Assembly (NCBI GenBank): GCA_963665125.2
Contig: CAXXUK010000001.1
Span: forward strand, 2,080,001-2,144,000
Direction: 5' to 3'
DNA from: an uncultured Desulfarculus sp.
GTDB lineage: Bacteria > Desulfobacterota > Desulfarculia > Desulfarculales > Desulfarculaceae
DNA: 64,000 bases
Part shown: in pieces, positions 26,609 to 37,496 of the stretch
Numbering within the stretch: the first letter of the stretch is position 1
Layout of the letters: the number at the start of each line of letters is the position of its first letter
Program-made: the position numbers and the translations under genes
Notes under the pieces: generated by a model
The model's database searches: none
What the model was told of the DNA's origin: nothing
The model's input: only the letters and a program-made list of their open reading frames with translations

Positions 26609-27472
26609 GTGATCGTCACTTGCCCAAAATGCCAAGCCAAGTTCAATCTTGATGAAACCAAGATCCCGCCTGAGGGCGCGTGGGTCCGTTGTGGTAAATG
26701 CGACGAAGTATTCCAGGTCTTGCCTCCGGGCGCCAAGGCACCCGAGCCGGAACCAATGCCCGGTGATGACATGGACCTGGGCGACGACCTGTTTGGCGGC
26801 GACATCGGCGATGACGAATTCGATTTCACCGGCGGCAGCGAGCCCGAACCCGATGGCAAGGGCCGAGGCAAAGCCTTCAAGATTTTCTTCTGGCTGCTGG
26901 CCATTATTATGATCCTGGCCGTGGTCGGCGTGGGCGCCTTAGTCACAATGGGCCGTATGGGCGTGGGCGGCGAACTCGTCACCCAGTTGGGCAAAATTCC
27001 GGTCATCCGCGATCTGATAGGCACCCCGGCCCAGACCAACCTCAGCAAGGAAGACTCCCTGCCCAGCAATGCCCTGATGATATTCCGCAATGTGCGGGGA
27101 TCTTTCAGGAACAATAAAGACGGCAAGCAGCTGTTCGTGGTCCAGGGCCAGGTGGAAAACACCAGCGACCAGGTCCGGACGGACATCATGCTCCGGGCGG
27201 TCATCCTCAACAAGGAAAAGCAAAAGGTCGTAACGGCCAAGGCCTACGCCGGACCGGAGTTGAACGTAGAACAGCTTCGCCAGATGCCTCTTGACGAAAT
27301 AACCCGCATTTTGGCGTCGCCGGTCGGTCAAGACGGCACCAAGTATGTTGTCGCTCCGCGTTCGACCATCCCGTTCATGATTGTATTCGCCGATCTGCCC
27401 AGCAATGTTTCCGAATATCTGACGGAGGTGGTTTCTACCAAACCGTTAGAGGACGCCCCGGCGGACAGGTAG
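26609..27472 (+). CDS. zinc-ribbon (MJ0042-type) membrane protein with DUF3426-like periplasmic domain
   Basis: MIVTCPKCQAKF...VRCGKC, acidic linker, one TM, C-terminal IPFMIVF..LP. Confidence 0.8.
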   Translation: MIVTCPKCQAKFNLDETKIPPEGAWVRCGKCDEVFQVLPPGAKAPEPEPMPGDDMDLGDDLFGGDIGDDEFDFTGGSEPEPDGKGRGKAFKIFFWLLAIIMILAVVGVGALVTMGRMGVGGELVTQLGKIPVIRDLIGTPAQTNLSKEDSLPSNALMIFRNVRGSFRNNKDGKQLFVVQGQVENTSDQVRTDIMLRAVILNKEKQKVVTAKAYAGPELNVEQLRQMPLDEITRILASPVGQDGTKYVVAPRSTIPFMIVFADLPSNVSEYLTEVVSTKPLEDAPADR

Positions 27473-27478
27473 CCAACC

Positions 27479-28504
27479 GTGAGCGGCATCCGAGGTCGCA
27501 TAATCCTGGGCATCGCCCTTTCGCTGGCTATTGTCGTCGGTGGAACCCTGGGCTATCACTTCATCGAAGGCTGGAGCCTTTTCGAATCGCTCTACATGAC
27601 CGCGATCACCGTAACCACGGTGGGATTTGGCGAGATCAGGCCGCTGAGCGAAACAGGGCGCATTCTGACCCTTGCGCTGATATTCTTCGGCGTTGGAATC
27701 GTCCTTTACCTGATCACAACCTTCAGCCAAATGGTCGTGGAAGGCAAACTCCGCCAAATACTGGGGAGGAGAAACGTGGAGAAGCACATCCGCTCGTTGC
27801 GCGATCACTTTATAATCTGCGGATACGGCCGAATCGGTTCCCAGGTGGCCAGAATGCTGGGGGACAACGGCTATAAAACCGTTATTGTCGACAACCACCC
27901 CGACATCGGCAGACGCCTGGAGAACACCGGCCAGGATTTTTTTTACGGATCGGCCACCGAAGACGAAAGCCTGCTTAAGGCAGGCATTGAAAAGGCCAAG
28001 GGCCTTGTGGCCACGGTCAGTTCCGACGCGGACAACGTGTTCATCACCCTGACGGCCAAGGGCATGAACCCCGGCCTGTTTGTCATCGCCAGGGCCACCG
28101 AGCCTGGCAGTGAAATCAAACTGCGCAGGGCCGGAGCGGACAAGGTGGTCTCGCCCTATTTCATCGGCGCCCGGCGCATCGCCCAAATGGTAATGCGGCC
28201 CACGGTGGCCGATTTTGTCGATCTAACCTTTCATGGAACGGACGAGGCTCTGCGCATGGAGGAAATGAAGGTCGGTCCCAAGGCGGAATTGGCCGGTGTA
28301 AGCCTGATGGACTCCGGCATCCGCCACAAGCTGGACATCATTGTTCTGGCGGTGAAAAAAACCAACGGCGGAATGATTTTCAACCCGCCCGCCCATACGG
28401 TGGTCGAAGCCGGGGACACCCTGGTGACCATGGGCCCGTCCAGTTCGATGAATCAGCTCAACAAAATGGTCGACTGCCAAGCGCCAACTATCCGAAAATC
28501 GTAA
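27479..28504 (+). CDS. potassium channel protein (2TM + RCK/TrkA-N + TrkA-C)
   Basis: TVTTVGFGE selectivity filter, ICGYGRIG and AGADKVVSP motifs. Confidence 0.92.
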   Translation: MSGIRGRIILGIALSLAIVVGGTLGYHFIEGWSLFESLYMTAITVTTVGFGEIRPLSETGRILTLALIFFGVGIVLYLITTFSQMVVEGKLRQILGRRNVEKHIRSLRDHFIICGYGRIGSQVARMLGDNGYKTVIVDNHPDIGRRLENTGQDFFYGSATEDESLLKAGIEKAKGLVATVSSDADNVFITLTAKGMNPGLFVIARATEPGSEIKLRRAGADKVVSPYFIGARRIAQMVMRPTVADFVDLTFHGTDEALRMEEMKVGPKAELAGVSLMDSGIRHKLDIIVLAVKKTNGGMIFNPPAHTVVEAGDTLVTMGPSSSMNQLNKMVDCQAPTIRKS

Positions 28505-29360
28505 TCAGCGCCCCGCCTGCCACCATCAGCAGACAGGCGGCCAAATGCTGCGTCAAACGCGCTTCACCCAAAAACAATCCGCCGTAGGCCACGGCTATCA
28601 GCGTGCTGGTGCGTTTGATTGCCAGCATATAGGCCGCCGGGGCCATGCTGATGGCCCAAAAATGGAAGACCAGCATCAGGGCCATGCTCAGGCTGACGCC
28701 AAGCACTGGCCCCGGCCGGGACATCCACTGCCGTCCTATGGGGCCGCGCATACGCAGCACCAAAAACAAAAAAAACGCGAAAAACGTCGGATACACACCG
28801 GCCATGAACATGGGGCTGGCGGCTAAAATTGCTTTTTTCCCGATCACGGCGTTGAAAGCGTATAGCATGGCCGTAATCAGAATATATAACGAGCCGCGCT
28901 CCCTGGTTATGGCCTTGAACGGCTCCAGCCAGCCTTCCTTGGCCTGATGAATATTAACCGCATAGGCCCCGGCGCAAAGCAGCAGAACTCCGGCCGCCCC
29001 CATCAGCGTGGGCACCTCGTCCAGGATCAAAAAGGCCGTAAGCATGGCGAACAACGCCGTGGTGGCAAAAAACGGCTGAACCACGCCCAGCGGCGCGATC
29101 TGGATGGCCCGGTTGTACAGGAGCATGGCAATGATTTCGCCGGGCAGGGCAATACCGCAGGCCCAGTAAAAGGCCGGCTGGACCTCGGGCCATGGCGTCA
29201 CCAACAGGATAATCAGGCTGACCGGCACCATGCCGCAAACGCGGACCATGACCACCTGATTGAGGGGCAGATCGGCCAAACCGCGTTTGACAAAAAAATC
29301 AGCAGTGGCCATGGCAAAGGCCGAGCCCAGCGTCAAAATGAGCCAACTCAAGGGACACAC
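28488..29360 (-). CDS. DMT/EamA family transporter
   Basis: About 10 TM in two repeats; AIQIAPLG and AIKRTS...GGLFLGE motifs; start uncertain. Confidence 0.85.
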   Translation of the reverse strand: MCPLSWLILTLGSAFAMATADFFVKRGLADLPLNQVVMVRVCGMVPVSLIILLVTPWPEVQPAFYWACGIALPGEIIAMLLYNRAIQIAPLGVVQPFFATTALFAMLTAFLILDEVPTLMGAAGVLLLCAGAYAVNIHQAKEGWLEPFKAITRERGSLYILITAMLYAFNAVIGKKAILAASPMFMAGVYPTFFAFFLFLVLRMRGPIGRQWMSRPGPVLGVSLSMALMLVFHFWAISMAPAAYMLAIKRTSTLIAVAYGGLFLGEARLTQHLAACLLMVAGGALITIFG

Positions 29361-29574
29361 ACGCCGTGAAATGGGGCAATACCGGCGACGGCTTGGCCAT
29401 ACTGAGCCGCGGCAACCCGGATATCCTTGATATCCAGGCGCCCGGCGGTATTTTGCTTTTCCCGTTCGGGGATTTTATTCACGATCAGATAAAGGTATTG
29501 TACCTTGCGGCCCGAACCCCAGGCGCAACCGCCGAGTGCAGGTGCCGCGGGGAGCGGAAGGCCGTTCATCGGCC

Positions 29575-30219
29575 TTATTCCTTTGGCAGAATTTTTACCG
29601 GGATTATTCCCTCAAGGCCCGCGGCAAACCGCCTGGCGTCGTCATCGTCGCCGACAATGGCCCCGTAATGCATGGGTATGGCCAACTTCGGCCCGATGGC
29701 CAGGGCCGCCGCCACCGCCTCCTCGGCGGTCATGACGTATGTGCCTGAAACCGGCAACAGAGCGATATCCACTTTATAGCCGTCCATCTCCGGAATGTAG
29801 TCGGTGTCACCGGCATGGTAGATGGTAACGCCGTCGACCATGATGATGAAACCCAACCAGGCGTTCTTCCTGGGATGAAAATCCTTGTTCAGGTTGTAGG
29901 CGGGAACCGCGGCTATCTCCACATCGCCCACCTTGCCTTTTTTGCCTGGCAGCAATGCGGCCACTTTGCCGCTGAGTTTTTCAGCCGCATCCGGTTCGGT
30001 GATTATCACCGTCTCCGGTCCCTGGATTTTGGCTATATCCTCGGGGGAACAGTGGTCATAGTGGTCGTGGGTGATCAGGATCAACGAGGCCTCGGGGCCG
30101 TTTTCTATTTGATACGGGTCCCAATAGATGGGGCCGCCGGGCCTGTCCAGCCTGAAGCAGTCATGCCCCAGCCAGTGCAGGTCTTGCACCAGTTTGTCCA
30201 CAGCTTCCTGATCAGCCAC
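29575..30219 (-). CDS. MBL-fold metallo-hydrolase
   Basis: WLGH, THDHYDH, YHAGDT and IPMHY motifs. Confidence 0.9.
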   Translation of the reverse strand: MADQEAVDKLVQDLHWLGHDCFRLDRPGGPIYWDPYQIENGPEASLILITHDHYDHCSPEDIAKIQGPETVIITEPDAAEKLSGKVAALLPGKKGKVGDVEIAAVPAYNLNKDFHPRKNAWLGFIIMVDGVTIYHAGDTDYIPEMDGYKVDIALLPVSGTYVMTAEEAVAAALAIGPKLAIPMHYGAIVGDDDDARRFAAGLEGIIPVKILPKE

Positions 30220-30246
30220 CAGCCACCTCCCGGAAAAAATATGAAC

Positions 30247-30441
30247 CTAGTCCAGAGCAAACACAACCCGGTGGTTAACCAGGGACATGCTCTTGATATG
30301 GCCGTTGATAATCTTTTGTTCGCCGTAGATGCTCACCAGGCGAACCTGCCCACCGTCTTCGGGCTCGATGACGTCGACATCGGCCAAAAGCAGCTGTTCC
30401 TTGCCATCATTATCTACAATATACGCTGTGGCTTCACACAT
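30247..30441 (-). CDS. CooT family nickel-binding protein
   Basis: 64 aa; MCEA N-terminus (Cys2), SIYGEQK, LVNH. Confidence 0.85.
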   Translation of the reverse strand: MCEATAYIVDNDGKEQLLLADVDVIEPEDGGQVRLVSIYGEQKIINGHIKSMSLVNHRVVFALD

Positions 30442-30853
30442 TTTGCATCATCTCCCTCAGGCCCACCTGGACGATTTGGTCGACCTGGTGTGGCAATGGT
30501 TCGTGATTGACGCTGACAATCTCAACATTTTCACGGGTCAAGGGAAGTAGAAACTTCTTGGCCCTGCATGTAGCGACCGCCTTGGCCACTTCCGGGGTGA
30601 CTTCCCCCATCATGGCATTGGCCAATACGATGCTCACCGGTCCGACTATCACGTCAGCATCCTTGATGGTGACAATGATCGCATTTTCTCCGGTGGCGCC
30701 GCGGTTGGCTCTGGCCTTCATCATCTGGGCCGTGGCTATCGCGTTTGTGCCCAAGGCCAGCACCTCAACGTCCTCGCCGTATTCTTCCTTAATCCGGCGA
30801 ATGATCACGCTGCCGATGCCGCCGCCTTGGCCGTCTATTACACAGATGCGCAC
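30434..30853 (-). CDS. DUF3842 family protein
   Basis: RICVIDGQGGGIG, LGTNAIAT and GATGENA motifs; GTG 30853 after GGAGG. Confidence 0.85.
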   Translation of the reverse strand: MRICVIDGQGGGIGSVIIRRIKEEYGEDVEVLALGTNAIATAQMMKARANRGATGENAIIVTIKDADVIVGPVSIVLANAMMGEVTPEVAKAVATCRAKKFLLPLTRENVEIVSVNHEPLPHQVDQIVQVGLREMMQNV

Positions 30854-30972
30854 AATACCTCCATCTGTTAAGGACAATACTACTGAACAGCCCGCCGTTC
30901 AAGGCGGCAAAAGCTTGTGCATCAAGCCAATTGCATTTAGAATCCATTAGAATTTTAACTAGTGAGTTTAGC

Positions 30973-31557
30973 ATGGATTTTATTTTTGCGGTCTTGGTTT
31001 TTGGCGGATATCTACTGGGGTCGCTGCCTTTTGGTATTTTGATCATGCGCCTCAAGGGATTGGGCGACCCCCGCGAAGGAGGATCCGGCAATATCGGGGC
31101 CACCAACGTCATGCGCATAGCCGGTAAACCGGCAGGGGCCGCCACGCTTGTGTTGGATATAGCCAAAGGGGCCGTTCCGACTCTGCTGGGGGTATTATTC
31201 CTTTTGCCATGGCAGGCCGCCGTGGTGGGCCTGGCTTCGTTTTTAGGCCATATATTCCCCGTATATTTGCGATTCAAGGGCGGCAAAGGCGTGGCCACGG
31301 CCCTTGGCGTCTGGATGATCCTGTCTCCCCCGGCCTTTTTGGGCGTGGTGGCGCTTATCCTTTTTTTGGCATGGCGAACCGGGCATATGTCGGCGGGATC
31401 ATTGGCCGGATGCGGTTCTGCGCCGCTATGGATGATAATCAACCGCGAACCATGGCAGGTAATCACCGTTTCCATTATGATGTCGGCGATTATCGTTTTT
31501 CGTCATCGAGACAACATTACTAGGTTGATCCAGGGCAAAGAAAATACTATTAGATAA
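30973..31557 (+). CDS. plsY: glycerol-3-phosphate acyltransferase
   Basis: YLLGSLP, GSGNIGATN, GHIFPV...FKGGKGVAT and HRDNI.RL motifs. Confidence 0.95.
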   Translation: MDFIFAVLVFGGYLLGSLPFGILIMRLKGLGDPREGGSGNIGATNVMRIAGKPAGAATLVLDIAKGAVPTLLGVLFLLPWQAAVVGLASFLGHIFPVYLRFKGGKGVATALGVWMILSPPAFLGVVALILFLAWRTGHMSAGSLAGCGSAPLWMIINREPWQVITVSIMMSAIIVFRHRDNITRLIQGKENTIR

Positions 31558-31620
31558 TGTAAGGCATTATCAATTGCCTGCCGGGTGATTTGTCCCCTGC
31601 GGGCTTCGGGAAATACAACA

Positions 31621-32337
31621 GTGGAAACGCATCAGAAAATCAAGTCAGCAGTTCAAGAAAACGCCAGCAAACCGCTCAGTGTGTTGCTGGCCGATGATTC
31701 GGATCTCGCCCTTCATCAACTCAAAGTAATGCTTGAAGATTTGGGTCACACCGTAACCGCCGTTCACAATGGAGAGCAAACGCTGGCCGCCAGCCGGGCC
31801 AAGGCATTCGACATCATCCTTGTGGATATGGTGATGCCCGAAATCGACGGCTTTGACGTTTTAAAGGAGTTAAAGGCCCACCGGCCGGATACGCCGATCC
31901 TGATCTTCACAGGCCACGGATCCATGGAAAGCGCCATCAAGGCGCTACGGTGCGGCGCTGACGACTACCTGACCAAACCCATCGAAAAAGAGCTGTTGGA
32001 CCTGCGGATAAATGCGGTGATGGCCGCCAAACAGTTCCACGCCCGGAAAACGAAAAACGACCAATTGATGGCCGCCATCGCCACTGCCGGAGCGGCTGCG
32101 CATGAGCTTAACCAGCCGCTGATGGCCCTTATGGCAGCATCGGAGCTGATCGGTTTAAGCGACGATTCCAAGAGAATCAAGGAACTGGCCAATATAATCA
32201 CCGAACAAACTCAACGCATGGGGGAAATAACCTGGCGTTTGGCCCATATCCAGAGCTACCGGATCATGCCCTATACAAACGGCAAGGAGATACTGGACTT
32301 GATCAACTCCGCGCCCTACGCTGAAGATCAAAGCTGA
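31621..32337 (+). CDS. response regulator with C-terminal HisKA-like helix and no ATPase domain
   Basis: REC domain (LADD, DMVMP, YLTKP) followed by AAAHELNQPL. Confidence 0.8.
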   Translation: METHQKIKSAVQENASKPLSVLLADDSDLALHQLKVMLEDLGHTVTAVHNGEQTLAASRAKAFDIILVDMVMPEIDGFDVLKELKAHRPDTPILIFTGHGSMESAIKALRCGADDYLTKPIEKELLDLRINAVMAAKQFHARKTKNDQLMAAIATAGAAAHELNQPLMALMAASELIGLSDDSKRIKELANIITEQTQRMGEITWRLAHIQSYRIMPYTNGKEILDLINSAPYAEDQS

Positions 32338-32837
32338 TCCAGGGCCCGTCGCTTTTTCCGCTTGGCCTTACTGAGTTTTTTGGAAGGTCCTTTTTTCTTG
32401 GTGGAAAAATCCCAACCATCGTCATGGCCCGGGTCCGCGAACTCCTCCAACCCCTGGGTCATGACCACCTCCATCATCCTCTGGGCAAAATCAGAGGCAT
32501 CAACCACATGGGACCCATGGCCTTGACAACGTCCCTGTAGCTCCCGGTCATTGGTGACCACGGTCAGGCCTTGGCCGTGGTGCGAGGCCATGTCGGCGAT
32601 GACGTCGTCGGCCGTTCGCCCGGTTCCCGACATTACAACGGGAATGCCTTGCACCGCATGACGTGAGGTGTTTTGGTCGGGCCCTCCGTCCAATACCAGG
32701 GTGATCTTATGCTGCTTTTTTTTACGGTAGAGATTCAAAGCCGTTGCCAGGGCGTCAACGCCTTGGCCCATGGCCTCGGCCATTTCCAGTTCCGGACTTT
32801 GATGGATCAGATTGTAGCCGTCGATGACCAGATGCAA
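32328..32837 (-). CDS. NYN domain protein (YacP/Rae1-like RNase)
   Basis: LVIDGYNLI, VLDG, TADDVI and VVTNDREL motifs. Confidence 0.85.
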   Translation of the reverse strand: MHLVIDGYNLIHQSPELEMAEAMGQGVDALATALNLYRKKKQHKITLVLDGGPDQNTSRHAVQGIPVVMSGTGRTADDVIADMASHHGQGLTVVTNDRELQGRCQGHGSHVVDASDFAQRMMEVVMTQGLEEFADPGHDDGWDFSTKKKGPSKKLSKAKRKKRRALDQL

Positions 32838-32841
32838 GGTC

Positions 32842-33720
32842 TTATCCCAGGAGGCTCAGCAGACGCTCCAATTCATCATCACTGGCAAAGGGGATGACAA
32901 TGGACCCTTTTTTACCACGCCGCTTGATTTCCACTTTTGCCCCAAAACGCCGCCCGAGGCCTTCGGCCAGACTTTGGATGTGCACATCATCCTGGCAGGG
33001 CTCCGGTTTGGGAGGCGGATCCTTGGCCAGCATGGCCTTGACCAGGCGCTCGGTGGCCCGTACGCTGAGGCCCTTATTGACGATCATATCCCTGGCCTGA
33101 CGGATCATGGCCGGGGTAGCCAGGGCCAGCAGGGGCCGGGCGTGGCCGGCGCTGAGGCGTCCATATGAAAGGTCCTGCTGAACCTCGGAGGGCAATTTCA
33201 ACAGCCGCAGGCTGTTGGCCACCGTGGAGCGGTCCTTGCCCACGCCGCCGGCGATTTCGCCCTGAGTCAGATTGAATTCCGAGGAAAGGCGATGAAAGGC
33301 CTTGGCCTCTTCCATGGGATTCAAGTCTTCGCGCTGGAGGTTTTCCAGAAGGGCCAATAGCAGGGCCTGGCGGTCGTCGGCCTGGCGGACAACCACCGGC
33401 ACGGATTTTTTGCCCAACAACTGGCAGGCCCGCATCCGCCGTTCACCGGCGATGAGCTGATAGCCGCCATCCACGGGGCGTACGACAAGAGGCTGCAACA
33501 CGCCGTGTTCGGCGATGCTGTCGGCCAGGGCCTGCAGGGCGGTTTGGTCATAAACCCGGCGCGGCTGGTAAGGGTTGGGCTCCAGGCGCTCCAGAGGCAG
33601 ATCTATAATCCTGTCGCCCGGACGGGCCTCAACCCCTGACGCCGGCTCGGGCGTCAGATCATCGCCCAAAAGGGCCGCCAGGCCCCTGCCCAGAGCTTTG
33701 GGTTTACTCTTGACGCTCAT
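32842..33720 (-). CDS. parB: chromosome partitioning protein ParB/Spo0J
   Basis: LGRGLAALL, NPYQPR, IAGERR, ENLQREDLN, HTH GKDRSTVANSLRL. Confidence 0.95.
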   Translation of the reverse strand: MSVKSKPKALGRGLAALLGDDLTPEPASGVEARPGDRIIDLPLERLEPNPYQPRRVYDQTALQALADSIAEHGVLQPLVVRPVDGGYQLIAGERRMRACQLLGKKSVPVVVRQADDRQALLLALLENLQREDLNPMEEAKAFHRLSSEFNLTQGEIAGGVGKDRSTVANSLRLLKLPSEVQQDLSYGRLSAGHARPLLALATPAMIRQARDMIVNKGLSVRATERLVKAMLAKDPPPKPEPCQDDVHIQSLAEGLGRRFGAKVEIKRRGKKGSIVIPFASDDELERLLSLLG

Positions 33721-34499
33721 GCGGCCTCCCCGCGGCGGCGGGGGCCACCGGCCATTTCCCGGGCCAGAGACAGGTAAGCCTGGGATCCGGCGCTCTTGAT
33801 ATCATATAAAATCGCCGGTTTGCCATGGCTGGGGGCCTCGGAAAGGCGTACGTTGCGGGGCACCCTGGTATCGTAGACCAACTCTCCGAAGTGGCTGCGC
33901 ACATCGGCCTCCACCTGGCGGGCCAGGTTGTTGCGGCCGTCATACATGGTCAGGACAATGCCCTCCAGCCCCAGCTTGGGATTGAAATTGCGCCGGACCC
34001 GGCTGACGGTTTGCAGCAACTGGGTCAGGCCCTCCAGGGCGTAGTACTCGCACTGCAACGGAATGAGCACGCCGTCGCAGCAACTCAGGGCGTTGAGGGT
34101 CAACAGACCCAGCGACGGCGGGCAGTCCAGAAAAATGTACCGGAACCTGTCGGTCAGCGACCGCAAGGCCTTGCCCAGCAGATTAAAGCTGTTTTCCGTA
34201 CCGCCCAATTCAACTTCGGCGCCGAACAGGTTGACGTCGGAACCGATGATCGTCAGATGTTCAAGGTCGGTCGCCCGCAGGGCGTCCTCTGCCGCGCACT
34301 GGCCAATAAGCACGTGATATATCGTGCGGTCTTCCGGCTTGATGCGCACGCCCAGGCCGCTGGTGGCGTTGCCCTGGGGGTCGCAGTCGACCAACAGGAC
34401 GTCACGCTCGGCGGCTGCCAGGCTGGCGGCCAGATTAACGGCGGTGGTGGTTTTGCCCACTCCGCCCTTTTGATTGGCTATACAAATTACACGGCCCAT
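33717..34499 (-). CDS. parA: chromosome partitioning ATPase ParA/Soj
   Basis: NQKGGVGKTTT, DCDPQGNAT, QCEYYALEG and PRNVRLSEAPSHG motifs. Confidence 0.95.
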   Translation of the reverse strand: MGRVICIANQKGGVGKTTTAVNLAASLAAAERDVLLVDCDPQGNATSGLGVRIKPEDRTIYHVLIGQCAAEDALRATDLEHLTIIGSDVNLFGAEVELGGTENSFNLLGKALRSLTDRFRYIFLDCPPSLGLLTLNALSCCDGVLIPLQCEYYALEGLTQLLQTVSRVRRNFNPKLGLEGIVLTMYDGRNNLARQVEADVRSHFGELVYDTRVPRNVRLSEAPSHGKPAILYDIKSAGSQAYLSLAREMAGGPRRRGEAA

Positions 34500-34518
34500 G
34501 AACACAACCTTAACCAAG

Positions 34519-34559
34519 GCGGCCGTCTCCGGGCAACAACAAAGCTCGGAGACGGCCGC
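34519..34559. terminator. strong stem-loop between secF and parA
   Basis: GCGGCCGTCTCCG...CGGAGACGGCCGC, 13-bp perfect arms; no clear U-tract on the minus strand, so it may be a processing or stability hairpin. Confidence 0.5.
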
Positions 34560-34568
34560 GACTTTTTC

Positions 34569-35759
34569 TTAACGGCCTTTTTTCTTCTTGGTATTCTTGT
34601 TGTTCTTGGCCTGACGCTGCTTGTTGGCTGCGGCCTTGGCCGCCGGAGCGGCCTTGGCGGCCGGAGCCGCCGGGGCAGTCTGAGGTTCGGCCTTCTTGGT
34701 CATGGCCTCGGGCAGGCTTGGTTTGCCCTCTGGCAGCATCAGCAGCACCGGAGCGGCCACGAATACCGAGGAATAGGTACCGACAATAACGCCGACCAGC
34801 AGGGCCAGGGCGAAGTCCTCGATAACGCCGCCGCCCAGAACAAACAGGCAGATCAGCACGATCAGGGTGGTGCCGGAGGTCAGGATCGTCCGGCTCAGGG
34901 TCTGGTTGACGGAGTTGTTGATGATCTGGGCCAGGTCATCCTTGCCGCCCTTGTTGGCGTTTTCCCTGATGCGGTCAAAGATGATGATGGTGTCGTTGAG
35001 GGAGTAACCAATGATCGTCAACAAGGCTGCCACTGTGGCCAGGGTGAACTCCTTGTCCAAGATGCTGAATACGCCCACCGTTATCACCACGTCGTGGATC
35101 AGCGCCACGATGGCGCCCAGGGCGTAGCGCAGCTTGAGGAACCAGCAGGCGGCCACGGTAACGGCAAGGGCAGTAACGATGAGGATCACAGCTCCAGCGC
35201 CGCCGGTGATTGCCTCGACCAGCAGCGTCGCGCCCACCAGGACAGCGGCCATAATGCCGGCCAGGAACCACTTGCCCTCGAACCGGCCCGAGATATACAC
35301 CGCGATCATCAATATGGCGTAGAAGATGGCCAGCAGGGCCTTTTCACGCAGGTCCTTGCCCACCTTGGGGCCGACCATTTCCACCCGCCGGACCTCGAAC
35401 TTGCCTTCGCCATAGGTCTGGGCCAGGGTGGCGCTTATCTTTTGGCCCAGGCCGGTGAGCTCAATGTCCGGCTTTTCGGTGCGGATCATGAATTCGCTTT
35501 TATCTTCTAGGCCGAAGTGCTGGACCATGGCGTTGCCCATGCCCAGGGGATCAAGGGCCTTTTTGATGGCCGATGCCTCGGTGGGCTGATCAAAGCGGAC
35601 CTGGACCATGACGCCGCCGGCAAAGTCGATGCCGTAGTTGGGCCCTCCGTGCATGAACAGCGAGACAAAAGTGGCCAAAATTAGCAGCCCAGACAGGGCG
35701 AAGGCCACGAAGCGCCGTCCGACGAAGTTGATGTTTACATCCGGTTTTATAAGTTCCAT
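34569..35759 (-). CDS. secF: protein translocase subunit SecF
   Basis: GIDFAGG, VGPKVG, HDV, IGYSLNDTIIIFDRIRE and SRTILTS motifs. Confidence 0.95.
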   Translation of the reverse strand: MELIKPDVNINFVGRRFVAFALSGLLILATFVSLFMHGGPNYGIDFAGGVMVQVRFDQPTEASAIKKALDPLGMGNAMVQHFGLEDKSEFMIRTEKPDIELTGLGQKISATLAQTYGEGKFEVRRVEMVGPKVGKDLREKALLAIFYAILMIAVYISGRFEGKWFLAGIMAAVLVGATLLVEAITGGAGAVILIVTALAVTVAACWFLKLRYALGAIVALIHDVVITVGVFSILDKEFTLATVAALLTIIGYSLNDTIIIFDRIRENANKGGKDDLAQIINNSVNQTLSRTILTSGTTLIVLICLFVLGGGVIEDFALALLVGVIVGTYSSVFVAAPVLLMLPEGKPSLPEAMTKKAEPQTAPAAPAAKAAPAAKAAANKQRQAKNNKNTKKKKGR

Positions 35760-35784
35760 GAGTGCTCCGCGCGCACGTAGGGGT

Positions 35785-37410
<1,626 letters not shown>

Positions 37411-37496
37411 GACAAACTCCTCGGGAGCATATCAGACAAGCAGCCGTCACGCCGGGTCGACCCGGCGCGGGCATGCTTGCATTGCCGAAGCGTGGT

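Noticed and set aside
29440..29530. TPP riboswitch or 6S RNA call for the structured intergenic region
   Set aside because: ATACC...CTGATC...GGGAA is reminiscent of TPP, but the invariant UGAGA and the P4/P5 stems are missing; there is no 6S sequence signature or typical zapA/ygfA context
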